Part shown: positions 36,659-49,865 of the stretch, piece by piece
Layout of the letters: each line of letters begins with the position of its first letter
How positions within the stretch are numbered: the stretch's first letter is position 1
The notes under the pieces: generated by a model
Databases searched by the model: none
The model's input: the letters and a program-made list of their open reading frames with translations, nothing else
Told to the model about the DNA's origin: nothing
Translations under genes and position numbers: made by a program
Assembly (NCBI GenBank): GCA_951406725.2
Contig: OX597815.1
Coordinates: forward strand, 156,054,001 to 156,118,000
Direction of reading: 5' to 3'
Length of the DNA: 64,000 nt
Origin: Octopus vulgaris
Lineage: Eukaryota

Positions 36659-37016
36659 GTGTGACCGGATCAGAAAGTAAAGGTTCGACCCGGATGGCTG
36701 GGTGTCCGTCCTTCGACATGATCATTAATATTTTTAAACATTGCCTTCGTAAAATTCATTGTTTATAATCTTATCCGTAATTTCATTCGAAAATTGTAAC
36801 TTCACCCTTTATATTTGTCTGTCCTTGTTTGTCCCCTCTTTGTAAATCCCTAAATGGCAAATTATATGAAATAAAGTAGTTTGCTTACCAACCACATGGT
36901 TCCGAGTTCAGTCCCACTGCGTGGCACCTTGGGCAAGCGTCTCCTACTATAGCCTCGGGCCGACCAAAGCCTTGTGAGTGGATTTGGTAGACGGAAACTG
37001 AAAGAAGCCCGGCGTA

Positions 37017-37072
<56 letters not shown>

Positions 37073-37677
37073 CGTGTGTGTTTGTGTGTCAGTGTTTGTC
37101 CCTCTAGTATTGCTTGACAACCGATGCTGGTGTGTTTATGTCCCCGTCACTTAGTAGTTCGGCAAAAGAGGCCGATAGAATAAGTACTGGGCTTACAAAG
37201 AATAAGTCATGGGGTCGAGGTGCTCGATTAAAGGTGATGCTCCAGCATGGCCGCAGTCAAATGACTGAAACAAGTAAAAAAGTAAAGAGTAAAAGAGTAT
37301 CTTCCTCTTTCTCATTCACACACTTGCTACAGTGGCCCTTCAGTATTTTTAAAGCTCTTAAAAGAATTCGGAAGTTTGGGCCTCCATCGAGGCCTTTGGC
37401 AATACCCTTAAAGCCAGGAATTTTTCAGCACCTTCTCGAATGCAGGCGCGCGCGCACACACACGTACACCCACACACACACGTACACCCACACACACACA
37501 CATGTTTGCACGCTTACGTTAGCTTTTGCTTTTGTACTACACATATTCAATTATATTCATTTTGGTTTCGCAATAATACAAAGTTATTTTATAGCTCTTA
37601 AGTAATTGCTGTCCAACTTTATGAGTTTTAATTTTACTAAGTTAATCAACAATATTTTCAATATTACAGAATAATGT

Positions 37678-38012
37678 GGGCGCAAGTAAAGCTATGTAAT
37701 TAAGAAGCTCGCTTCGCAACCACGTGGTTTTGAGGTCAGTTTAACTGATTTATTGGGCAAGTCTTTCTTACTATAGCCCTGGGGCGACCAAAGCTTTGTG
37801 GGTGAATTTAGTTGACGTATATCTTATAGAACTCCATCATGCGTGTATGTGCGCGTTTGTGTGTGTGTGTGCGCGCCCACGTGTGTGTGTGTGTGTGTGT
37901 GAGTGTACGTGTTCGTCCGTGTCTGTCTCCATCACTTGACACTCGCTGGTTTGTTTACGTATCTATAATCTAGCAGTTCAACAGTAGACACTGACTGAGT
38001 AAGTACTAGCCT

Positions 38013-38049
<37 letters not shown>

Positions 38050-38135
38050 TACGGAAATCGATTTTTTTCGACTAAAACTCACCAAGGCAATGATCCAGCA
38101 TATCCGCACTTTAATGTCTGAAACAAATAGAAGCT
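37678..38135 (+). mobile_element. Degenerate family-A SINE
   Basis: gggcaagtctttcttactatagccctggggcgaccaaagc...aaggcaatgatccagcatatccgcac...tctgaaacaa. Confidence 0.65.
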
Positions 38136-40515
38136 AAAAGATAAGAGAAAGCTATGCAGTTCGTTCTGCGATATAATTCACCTGACCTAAAATATAGGAT
38201 GTTTAAAGTAAAGACCTGCACAGCTAACATTGCAGTATTATAATCGATATTGAAGGGATGCTACATACAAAGTGCATTAGACCATATGTAAATTAGATGT
38301 AAATGAGATAACATCCCCTTGGACACAGATTGTGTATCTTTTTCAATTATCTGTTGAATTTTAATTAATTTTACCTAATCTATATTCGGTTGTTGTCTCC
38401 CCTTCCACTGTTGGCCTGAATTAATCATTTAGTTATTTTGTTTTCCCCACATTACGAGGTGTGATTTTAATGAATTCGAATTTCTACTTCATTGAATTTA
38501 TGTACGTTCGTATCAAGTTTAGAATGAGCTTTTTTCCTTTGCATTAAAATAGCATTTATAAACGGTTACACCTCCCATAAACTCATTACTTTTTCTACAC
38601 TTGTTGAGCAGACAATTAATACATATGCAAAAGTGGAGTAATAATCGTATCATTAATGTTCCTGTTGATCTTTAACTCTAGGAAAGCTCTGAAAGCCCAA
38701 TGGCTTTCCAGTTATGTTCATCCGACTGTATTTCAAACAGTACAACCTTCATTTATATGATGGTAGGGTTTGGCTTGAACGACATGCGAATATTATTTCT
38801 AACAAATTAAGCAAGCATAAAAAAGTTCCTTATGAAATTGAGTCAATCGTATATTGTTGCCTAAAAGGATGTAACATTGACAATGGAAGATTAAGTAATA
38901 TATATTTTATCACTGATGATTTTATGAGAAATCTGTTATTCTCAATGTCTCTATCCTCATAGTTGTGGATAGATAACATATGGTAAATACACGTTACTAA
39001 TGCAAACAAGAGAAATGCTGTACAATTTTACGCATATCATGTTTGTTAAATAGTTAATCTCTTATAGTACTACTCAGTTATAACAAAATCCGTCAGATAT
39101 TCGTTTTCTATTTCTTTGGGTTCGACTGCATCGATGTAAAGTACCTAAACTGTAGCCCGGTTCCATTTCTAGTCTTGATACTTTGAAGTGGGCCATGTGT
39201 ATATATTTATGTATAAGTTATCCAAATGGACTGCAACTACATGCTGATATAATAGTAGTATTAATATCGTAGTATTAACCTATCATTAATTACGTTCTTT
39301 TCGACTACAACAAGGTGTTGGCAATATCGTTGAAGTGTCAATGTGTTTCTTGCTATATAATCAGAGTTTCGAATGCGAAAACCAACAGTATTCATAAAAT
39401 GTGCTCAAACAATTGGAGACAGAATGTTGTTAGCTATCTTATATATTCAGTATGAACTTCTGAAAAAAAGGTTACTGTAGAGAAGTATTTAAGTAGGCAG
39501 TCCAGAGGTTTCTGAGAAATAGCGCTTTAAAATAATTCTTAATACGAGGTCTGATGAATGCAAAGCATTAGATGTGATCAGATGCCGGAAGAGTAGTGAT
39601 AAGGCTATTCACTATCGTCACCGTATATCCTAAAGTGGTTTTCTCCTCTGCAACGTTGTATAGATTTCAGATACACAAATACGTTTAATACGAGATATAT
39701 TGATGTGGACTCCGTTTGATCATATTAACCTAACTGAGACAGCAATCTCTTCGTACCAGAGCAAGCCACAATAATTTTTCTCCTGAGGGAATATAACCAG
39801 AGTCATCTGCAATAGTTGTAGTTTCTAATTTAAGATGATCACTTGAGATATATTCGGTTTTGATTAAAAAGAGCAAAATTACATATTTCTATGCTTTTAA
39901 GATCACTTTACTTCTGAAGCTATTTAAGGCAAGGGATTGAAAGAATCGGTGGAGCGTCGACCAAATATCTCTGCAGTAATTAGTTACGGCCATTTACATT
40001 CAGAGTTCAAATCCCACTAAGGTCAACTTTTCTTTTAACTTTCCCGTGTTTTATAAAATAAAGTACTGATATGGAAGGCTAATGAAATCCACGGGCGCAT
40101 TGCCATTTTCTAGAATGATAGAAAAAGGAAAAAAAATACTGAAGTCGAATCAATATTGTTATAAAGCATCACAAATATGAATGGAATTGTAATTAGTATT
40201 CTGAACGTTAAGGTCACAAAACTATCCCCTGAGTTTTGTGAAAACTAGTGAAGGCTTTTGTATGGTACAGGTATAAAAGAATAAGGGTTGATGTGAATTC
40301 CTTCATTATTCCGCTACATTCTTTAGAGATGGAGCTGAATTCAATATTGCTTTCCAATGTTGGCACGAGGCCAACAGTTTCAGAGAAGAAGGCTAGTCAA
40401 TTACATCGACCCCAGATAAAGACGGACGAAATGCCACTAAGCATTTTCCCCGGCGTACTAACAATTCCGTCAGTTCACTGCTTTAGAGATTAATTCACTA
40501 TCACACGAACTATTA

Positions 40516-40702
40516 AAGGGGCTAGCTGGCGGAATCATTAGCACGCCGGAAAAAAATTTTCCGAGTTCAAATTTCGCCGAGGTCGACTTTGCCTTTCATC
40601 ATTTCGGGGGTTGATAAAATAAATACCAGTTAAAACTGAGGTCGATGTAAGTGACTCACCCCTCCCCCAAAATCGCTGGCCTTGTAGCAAAATTTGAAAC
40701 CA
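40516..40702 (+). mobile_element. Family-B SINE with TSD
   Basis: Flanks tatcacacgaactatt / tattacacgaactatt; Deu/Nin-like core. An inverted partial copy lies at ~40350-40480. Confidence 0.75.
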
Positions 40703-43346
40703 GTATTACACGAACTATTCATAAGCAATTGTGTTCTACTAACCACTTAACCTGTTATCAACCAATGATGTTGCCGTTGGTCTTTATTTCCAGATTTGTT
40801 CCTATTGAATGTTTAAAGGTGTTTCAGGCGCGACCATCACGTTTCTTTTTTATTCTATTTTCATAAAATATATATAGGACGACGTAATTCAACGGTTCTT
40901 TCCTTTCATATGACGGTGCTGTAAAATTTAGGGACATTTTGATTGCTTCTTCAAGTAGATGCCACTTGTTCGCTTGTAACAATCAATGATTTGTAGGAAA
41001 TTACAATATATTTCTGCTGGTGAGGATTTTTTTTTGTTTGATACATAGCGTAGCGCGGATGACCTGTTGTGACTAATTAGTTGCTTGAGCTCGTCATACT
41101 GAATTCTTCTCTGTTTTATTAAATTCTTATGAATTTCCGTAGCTATCCAAGCCAGATTTCGAGAACCAATTGTCTATCGAGGTAATTTAACGACTCAACG
41201 TGATATTCCAATAATGAAGACATTAAAATTTCTAAACTGAAGACATCATGGAGCAGCTGTTTCATATGTAATTATAATAAAAATAATAAAATATCATTTA
41301 ATGAATTTAGTAACTGCGTGTTACTAATTTATAATTAATTTGTTAACTGATATATTAGGAGATGATTACTTGCTTTCCTTGAAATGAGTGTGTTTCCTCT
41401 GAAAGACTGCTTTAAATGTCTTATATCCGCTGTGTTTATATTAAGTACTGATAACGGGATTCTAAATTTCAAAATCTGAATGTCATCACATTGATGAAAA
41501 CCAAAAATTTCTACTTGGAAATAGAAATTAATTAGTTTTATATTCCACTTGGTTTGTCATTGTTTTATATTTTATTTATTCTTTTCTTTTATTTTGTTCG
41601 CTAATTTTCAGTTTGATTTTGATTTCTTTTGTATTGATTGAAAGTTACATTAATTACTCTGCTTGTAGCAATTGAAAGAGAATTATTAGAATTTTAGTGA
41701 AAGCTCTTCTGAAGACATGCTGACATGAGGACCGGTAACGAATACAAATAAGGGTTAAGGGAATTTGGTATCTCTGAAATGTCAGAAGATCTGATGTGGG
41801 AGTAGCAATTAAAAAAAAATAATAAATTAAAAATTATGGATCTTAAAATTGCATTGCGTCATGTAAATGTGTCTCTGCCTTACACTGTAGTCTGGATACC
41901 ATGAAAGAATGATGACGACGGCGAGCATTATAATTGCCGCAGCACGGATGAGTAATCACAGTTTCAATCGGAAGCCTCTTCCAAAAAAAAAAAAAAGCTC
42001 TGGCTGATTCTAAAGCTCGTATCCGTCGTTCTACCTGATGAATGGGAATTACATTTGTTTCAAACTTGCCAACGTCCACATGGTTTGTGATTCATGGAAA
42101 TTCGATGAGGTGGCGGACAGTAATGCATTAGTGTGTGTGTGTTCGTGCGCGCGCACACAATCTGACACACATACGCACATGCACATTCGATACACGCCAT
42201 CTTTCGGGAAGGACACTGATGCAATACTACTTACCAATGAACTTCATTACTATACCTCATACTACATTACCACCGATAAAGCCCAATCGCACCGTTCAAC
42301 CAGAAAATATGTCATCCCCCTGCGGTGGATTTAACGAACACAGCAGTTACTCTTTACTCATCTTCCCTGTAAATAGTGGGGTAGCTAGAGTGTGTGCCAC
42401 TCGGGGAAGCTCTTCAGTTTACTACATGTCCCATGTTACTAAGACTATGCAGGCTTAAGCAACAGACCCACAGCGCCGCTCCCATAAAAAACTGTTGCTG
42501 CTCTGTCTCTATGCGCCTCGTGAGGCTTAGCCGATTATAGACCCATCAAAATTATAGCCTAATAAAACCAGGTGTGTCTTATACAACAGTTAATACGCAT
42601 ATACCATGCACTGCTTCATCTTTAGTGCAGACGAATAGCAGCTTTGAACAAACCAGTGAAATAGAACGGAACAGATGGTAACATCTACAAAATGAAAAAT
42701 ATAAGAAAATGAGAAGCAAGAAATTCGTTTAAATTACTAATAAATAGGACGGTGGAACAAATCGAAAAAAAAGAAGTCACCAGAGGGTATCAAATTAATA
42801 AATAAACGCGTGAATAAATTCTGAATTATGTTACTAACCAAAAATATAATTATGAACCATCTGACCTCAATTTATGCGGTCAGTAACAACAGCAACAACA
42901 ATCTGATATTAAACGACACTATTCAGCTACAGTAGCAGTCGAAGTCTACTAATAGTCTGACCTATGACACTAGCGCAGTAATCAAAGAACGTCGCTATTA
43001 AACATATACTTGCGATAGAGACAAGCAGCTTACGCAACATACTTGCGATAGACACAAGCATCTTACTCACTCTCTTACAAAACTATACCAATATCAATTT
43101 CACTTAGTAGGAGTATCTTCGGTCGTTCAGCTTTGCTTTCTTGTTTGTGATACGGACGTTTCGACGTATCGTACTCAAGAATAGGTTGTCTCATATGAAA
43201 TGTCGTAATCTATAAATGGATTTTTAATGAGTTTACTCTTAACTGTTTTTCTAGACAATACTATTATTTAAAATTGCTACCCGCAGCTCTTAAGACAATG
43301 TTGCCAACTGAACAATATCGAATGATTTTCTTGTACGAATACAAGT

Positions 43347-43467
43347 TGGAGCCGCGTGGAGCTTAGGTGTTTCGCTCATAAGAACCCACATCGCCCAGTC
43401 TGAGATTCGAACCCACGATCCCTCGACCGCGAGTCCGCTGCTCTAACTACTAGGCCATGTGCCTCCA
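43347..43467 (-). mobile_element. 5' head of a family-C SINE
   Basis: Minus strand ggcacatggcctagtagttagagcagcggactc...gggttcgaatctc...gagcgaaacacctaagctccacg matches 20260-20381. Confidence 0.75.
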
Positions 43468-43629
43468 CACATACACACACACACACACACTCTCTCTCTC
43501 TCTCACATTCACGCATATATACTGTTGTGCCTGAGGAGAGTCATTTTCTTTTTGTGCCTTATAATGTAACACACTCATATAAAGAATCTTGCAAACCAAA
43601 TCCAAAAACGAAATATATATATATATATT

Positions 43630-43660
<31 letters not shown>

Positions 43661-43754
43661 ATACATACATATACAGAATAATACTTATCACACACCACAC
43701 ACACAGAAACAAACACACACACACACATACACACACACACACATATATATATAT

Positions 43755-43905
43755 GAGTGGCTGTCTGGTAAGTAGCTTGCTTACGAACCACATGATTGGT
43801 TCCAGGTTCAGTCCCACTGCGTGGCACTTTGGGCAAGTGTCTTCTACTATAGCCTCGGGCCGACCAAAACCTTGTGAGTGGATTTGGAAGATGGAAACTG
43901 AAAGA
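43755..43905 (+). mobile_element. 5' half of a family-A SINE with intact target site
   Basis: gagtggctgtctggtaagtagcttgcttacgaaccac...ggaaactgaaagaag. Confidence 0.8.
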
Positions 43906-44100
43906 AGTTTACGAAAATAAACAAAAGACGAAGGCAGGTGGAGTACAAACAAACAAATGTATTAGTATGGCGCTCAGGAATAGAAATAGAACAAGTCTTT
44001 TACGTTTGGAGCCTACGCTCTTCGACAGAAAGATACACAGAAAAGAAACAAGGAGAGAAAAAAATGCGTGTAGGAACTAACGGTCCATTATGGTGTTCTG
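43906..44100 (-). mobile_element. Penelope-like pLTR fragment with degenerate hammerhead-like motif (43996-44033)
   Basis: Minus strand TCTTT-CTGTCGAA-GAGC(gtag)GCTC-CAAA-CG-TA-AAAGA. Downstream sequence resembles 9360-9480. Confidence 0.4.
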
Positions 44101-44114
44101 ACTTCAGGCAGAAG

Positions 44115-44180
<66 letters not shown>

Positions 44181-44181
<1 letters not shown>

Positions 44182-44338
44182 ATAAAATATTAGGGAATAA
44201 ATCCAAACTTGCAGGGAAAAATCAGATTTAGGATTGAATCCAATTTTATAGTAAAATATTATATTATATTAAATTAGAGATATTGGCTTAAGTTTTTCAT
44301 TGTATGATTTGCCTAATAGTGGTTTTATCTCTAATTTA

Positions 44339-44347
<9 letters not shown>
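44181..44347. repeat. Short insert in (TA)n with a terminal inversion (21 bp inverted repeat, 44262-44345)
   Basis: tattatattaaattagagata ... tatctctaatttaatataata. Confidence 0.6.
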
Positions 44348-44385
<38 letters not shown>

Positions 44386-45811
44386 CTGTATAAATGCTAC
44401 AGGTACAAATATTCTAGAACATGAGTTACCAAAATTTAGCTGACTTTTTAGGGAACTTTCAGTCATCTACACATATAATCATTCTACCTGCGTCATCCTG
44501 CCATCCCCTACACTATTATTTAACCTTTTAATTTACTAGAGTTTACTATTTCTTAAAGCAGCATACTATGTACCACTCCTGTGGAAGCTCACATAATGTA
44601 TTGGCTTCCCCATTATTCGTCATCTCTGCATTGCCCTGTAAAATCCACTGAATACATACGTCTCATTTTTGCTAATCAAACTTTCAATGTTACATCATTT
44701 CTGATTAGTCGCCTCCCGTCATTTCTTTATACTTACGTGTTGTGCTGCTGCGCACGCCAGCCCTTCCGCGAGGTACTACATTTATAACTACTCGACACTT
44801 TTCCAAATCCTAAATCCTCTCTAACAACAATCTTCCGGGACTCTCCACTACCAACTTCTCTCCACACATTGATTTTTAGAAATATGAGCTGCACAGGACT
44901 TATGTCAACCTTATCAATCACAGAGGAAGTCCTATTGTTATAGACTTCTTCGTACACCATATTGGATATACAACTATGATTATAGCCATATATAATCCCT
45001 AAAATGTGGCGATCAAAATATTTATGCCACGCTTGTTGCAGGCAGCTGAAATCTATATTTATATGAAAATGTTTAGTAGTCCACCTTTTTTGGTTGCTTC
45101 TTATTAACGACCAAGAAAAAGTAGCTAAGTCATAAGATTTGTAAGGCTTTAAGGAAGCGAACTAGTGAGCCAGACGTTCATTCTAGTTGATGGATGTCTT
45201 GATTATCTTCTTGAAAGACACACAGGAAATTGCACCAGATATAGATTCAATATTCTTTGACTGGAGTGAAAAAGATGTTTGCTGAAAATGGGAGGTTGTC
45301 AGAGATCCAATAAATGTTTATAACAGTATCGGAAGTGTTAACTTTCTTGAAGTACTTTTTACAAAACTAAATAAGAATGATTGAGTACCATGATGCAATG
45401 CGCAGAATAAATAATATAATGTAACTGCGTAACTACGAAGTGGTTAAGGCATTTTTTTTTCTTTTAGAAAGGCTCTAGGGAAGGAAACAGTTCATTTGGA
45501 AAAAGGATTGTTATTGAATATCGGCAAATGAATTGATTTTTCAAGAAGAATTAGAAAAAAAATCTATAATAATTTACTCCCATTATCACTATTTGTATTT
45601 GCATCAAAATGTTATTGTACAGAAGCAAATTAACTTCGCTTTGGTGCAATCATCTTCGTCATTTTGTTGATTTTATAAATAATATAGCTCAGTAATTTAT
45701 AAACACAAGTTGCATAATTTCTTTTTACATACATCTAGATAATCACTAGCGCTCGTGAAGCGATGCAGACAATTTCAGAATGGGCAAGCTTTCATTTTTT
45801 GTGAATTTTTG

Positions 45812-45827
45812 ATAATAATAATAATAG

Positions 45828-45861
<34 letters not shown>

Positions 45862-45900
45862 AATAACAACAACAACAACAACAACAACAATATCGATGAA

Positions 45901-45931
<31 letters not shown>
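45812..45931. repeat. Compound trinucleotide microsatellite (TAA/CAA/GAT)
   Basis: Direct reading. Confidence 0.95.
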
Positions 45932-45933
<2 letters not shown>

Positions 45934-46485
45934 TATTTTTCTTCCTTTTTATACGAATAATAATGATACTCCTCAATGAAGTCTTTCATAAGATAGCATC
46001 AATACATACTTATCTCATTTTTACGATTAATTTTCTACTCAGCTGTTATATTGTAGTTATCAAACAGCTTTTCTTCTCTTCATAATTATTTATATTGACG
46101 AGACACAAAGGAAATTAATGTGTAGAGTAATATGTATAGTCTATCGAACCATTCACAGAATTTTTGTGGCATTAATTCTATTGACTGAGAATATGAGTGG
46201 CTACGTTAACCGCGACGAATTTGATCGCAGAAGAGTCTGGCAGGTTGGCCCTAAAATGGCACACCCATGATTCACAATATTTAAGCCGTGACTATTTCAT
46301 TATTTTCAGACATTGTATATATGTTGACCAATGGTTTCATTTTATTTCAGATAGTAGCATATGATTTGAGCTCCTACTTCTAGCAAACCATGTGCCTATT
46401 GACAAGCAACTACTGTTCGATAGTGTGTCGGATCTATCACTTTCACTGATACATTCTTTAAATGCCAATAACTAGCTAGGTTTAA

Positions 46486-46680
46486 GGCGGCGAGCAGACA
46501 GAATTTTCAGCACGACGGGAAAAATACTTAGCGGCGTTTCATCCGTCCTTACGTTCTGAGTTCAAATTCCGCCTTTCATCCATTCGAAGTCGATAAAAAT
46601 AAGTACCAGTTGAGCACTGAGAGCAATGTAATTGATTAAACTTCTCCGAAATTGCTGACCTTATGCCAAAATTTGGAACC
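46486..46680 (+). mobile_element. Family-B SINE with TSD
   Basis: Head ggcggcgagcagacagaa, core gcctttcatccattcgaagtcgataaa, flanks aataactagc / agtaactagc. Confidence 0.75.
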
Positions 46681-49634
46681 AGTAACTAGCAGAAGCACCT
46701 GGGTGACATAATCAAGAGTAGAGACATAAACCTTCAAATCACAATCCTCCGTAACTAACTAGCTTAACTGGTACTTACTTTTATCAATTTGGCTTCGATA
46801 AAAAAAGTGAAATCGACTTGGGTGAGATTTGAAACACTGAATGTAAAGAGGCAAAATTAAGTAATAATTACTGCAAGATATTCTATCGTTCCTGCCTTCC
46901 AAGGCCTTTCTAATATCTAGTAAAGAAAGTCTATTCGTGCTCACTCGAATCTGCTAGAAAAGATAGTCAGACCTCTCAACGTTCTATGGTCTTACTAAAA
47001 CAAAAGAAACATAAGGTAACACAGTCCTACACAACGAAAACAATAGAATGGAAAGTCCTTGATCCTAAGTCTACTCAACCACCTAATGCAGTATTTTGTC
47101 TCATTATGTCGACTCTAAATAGTAATACACTTACTTTTACAACTCAACGCCCACCTACGTTTCTCTTCAATATTAAACTAATGATAGTTTCTTGACTACA
47201 TAGAAAACATAACGGAACCAACATATTACGTTATGCAATGAACAATAATCCATTACTAAGTGAAATTATAGTTACGTAAGTGACGGTGAGATTAGTGTGC
47301 TTAAATAATGCCGAGATGTCTCACAGCGAATGCAAGACTAAGTAAGTATTATAACAAAGCAAAATTCTTAGTTGCGACATTTGTCTAACAAAATCGGTTA
47401 ATGGTTTCCTAAATAGAAATTATTCCGTTAACTTTTATTCAATCTACAAAAATAATCTTGTACTGATATGGTATGAAAAATAATGTATTTTATTTGATTT
47501 CCTTTGATCCCGAAATCTACTACGGTCTCCAAAGATTCTAGCTATTTCTATCACACTGTTTTTCGTATTTCTTCTGTTAAAACTCAACTGATTGGTTGAG
47601 ACAGTTGATACTTCTCACTCACAATGTCTTCATCTTATTATTGTAGCAAAATAAACTCTCGTTTTACATACCATACAACCATCTCGGATGTCAATTTTAA
47701 TCATTGAAGTGCTTTGAAAGAATCGTGATATTTTGTTTGCAATGTAAGACCAGAGACCAAGTTGTGCTCATTGTTACTATTTAGATACATGCCAGCACTG
47801 ACAGAGTCGACCTATGATCGGAGATATTCAAGAAATACTATCATTTTAAGCAAAGTGTATTATAGACTGCAGTTGTCAGTGTCTTCTTATTTACTTGAGA
47901 TAGCGTGCTTTTCCCATTTGCCTTTTTTTTTAGGTGGGGGGATTCGATTAGATTTACACTAAAAAGTGTAAAACAGCTTTGTCAAATAGTTGTTTGAAAT
48001 TACCTATTTGGGAATTCCATTAATAGCAAGAGTATTAAAATTCAGTTTTGTCTTTGTTAAACGACACTTTATTCTGTGGCAACTTGCTCTGGTTTTCAGT
48101 GACACGAAAGCAGCAGTCACGTTCTCGGAGTGAATTAGAAGAGGAATTTTCTATTAGGTACAAGGTTACGCTGAGTTGGCTATTTCCTTGGTCTTGAAAT
48201 AACCAGATAAAAAGAACAGCGAAGTGCAGATTGCCTGGAAGAGGTGTTTATGTTGTATGAACAGATGCACACACACATAATAGTTATAGATAGAGATATA
48301 GGCAGATAAATATAAAAACAGATAGACTGACACACAGATGAATGGATGGATGGGTGGAATAGAAAGGAATGGGGTAAACAGATGGATGGATGGATGGATG
48401 TGTCAGTGTCTGTTCAAAAGAGTCTGTATGTGTAAAACAATGCTGCAATTTGTGTCAAAGAAAACTTAGCGATTCGATAAGTTGAGATTGATTGCTGAAA
48501 GAATTATTGGAGTTGATATGATCGATAAAATCTGTAAAAGAGGTACTCAATATAGCCACAGCCAAATGACTACATGTGAGAGAGTAAACTTATGAAAGAC
48601 TTATTATATACAAGAAGCCTACTGTAGTCAGAGGAATTATTAAAATGATGTTAATGATTATATTTTTTAATTGCATTTTTAAACATTTATGCATTAGGAA
48701 TGTTAATACTAACTTACCCTTACCGATAGTTTCTCTTACGTTTTGTTGTTTCGGAATTATCCAATATTTAATCAAACCGTGCTTAATTAAGAAATTAATT
48801 CCACCATGCTTTTACTGCCGCCCACAATTGAGTTATATGATTTGTAATATCAAATTACAGCTGATGCAACAATTAAGATTGAAATAGCTTAGCCACGACG
48901 CGACGTTCTGCTGGATAGAAGATGCGAATGTGCAACAGCATTCAACGGGTTGACAAATAATCCATCGTGTAGGCTATTCTTTTTGCTGGAACAGCTTCAA
49001 GTAATTGTAACTATAAGTTTAAGTCAATGAATCAGGCTTTTAGTCTCTGCTCAGAGTGCGATAAAATTGCTTAGATGAGGAAGAATTCTAAAGTGTGATG
49101 TTCATGTCTTTATTTTTCTAAAGGCATTAGCTGTTTAAGACATAAAACTACTTTCCTCTGTAGCTGTGACTCATTGAAATAACCAGTTTAAAGGTTTTAA
49201 GTTGCTAAACATTCACACTTTCAGCAAAGATGTGGTGAATGTGATTCAGCTTTCGTCATCAGCTATAATCGCAAACAAGAACGATGCAGTGACAAATGAA
49301 GACAAAGTAATTGTGTTTAATGAAATTATTACATATTACACTGGAACGAGCTACTTTATTGGTGCAGTTTCTGAAAAGGACATTAAGCCAATGCTATTTG
49401 TATCAGCATTTAGTGGGAATGGTAATTGAGTGGGGCATTCTCCCGTTTTGCACTTCAATATTTGGTAAGAGATGAACCATTATTGTCATCCATAAAGTGT
49501 GACTGAGATAGACAATAACTAGCAGTCCATTACTTCAAAAGCTTGTTAAAAGCATTTCATATAACCTATACTCTTTAACAGCGACTTCATATGTAAGAAA
49601 CAGAAGCGAAGTGTCTTTCAGTCCGTACTATACC

Positions 49635-49865
49635 TATTTCTTTATTACCCACAAAGGGGCTAAACACAGAGTGTACAAGCAAGGACAGACAAACGGCTTA
49701 GGTCGATTATATCGACGCTAGTGCGTAACTGGTACTTAATTTATCGACCCCGAAAGGATGAAAGGCAAAGTTGACCTCGGCGGAATTTGAACTTCGAACT
49801 TAACGGCAGACGAAATACGGCTACGCATTTCGCCCGGCGTGCTAACGTTTCTGCCATCTCGCCGC
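49635..49865 (-). mobile_element. Family-B SINE monomer with Tx1-type tail, 7 bp TSD
   Basis: TSD ctatacc at 49628-49634 and 49866-49872; ends ...cccctttgtgggtaataaagaaata. Confidence 0.85.

Larger units (their letters stand above)
31452..36873 (+). mobile_element. Full-length Tx1-clade (L1 group) non-LTR retrotransposon, disabled in this copy
   Basis: 5' UTR, ORF1 with zinc knuckle, ORF2 with APE-RT-zinc finger, 3' UTR ending tggcaaattatatgaaata, flanked by target duplications. Confidence 0.92.
29377..37297 (+). mobile_element. Family-A SINE split in its tRNA head (29377-29411 and 36874-37297)
   Basis: caggagtggctgtgtggtaagtagcttg joined to aagtagtttgcttaccaaccacatggttccgagttcagtccc... rebuilds a complete copy like 5246-5656. 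Confidence 0.9.
29301..37438. mobile_element. Tc1/mariner-type MITE split by nested insertions (pieces 29301-29376 and ~37298-37438)
   Basis: Left TA|tgaggagttgctgaaaagtttctgacttt and right aaagccaggaatttttcagcaccttctcg are inverted repeats. A related fragment lies at 52438-52566. Confidence 0.75.

Noticed and set aside
42374-42600. hAT-like (tagtggggtagctagag) and pogo-like (gtcttata...aatacg) terminal motifs
   Set aside because: No matching opposite ends or TSDs found.
44465-44970. Possible decayed LINE ORF2 (similar hints at 25060-25400 and 51870-52230)
   Set aside because: Too degenerate to assign motifs by eye.
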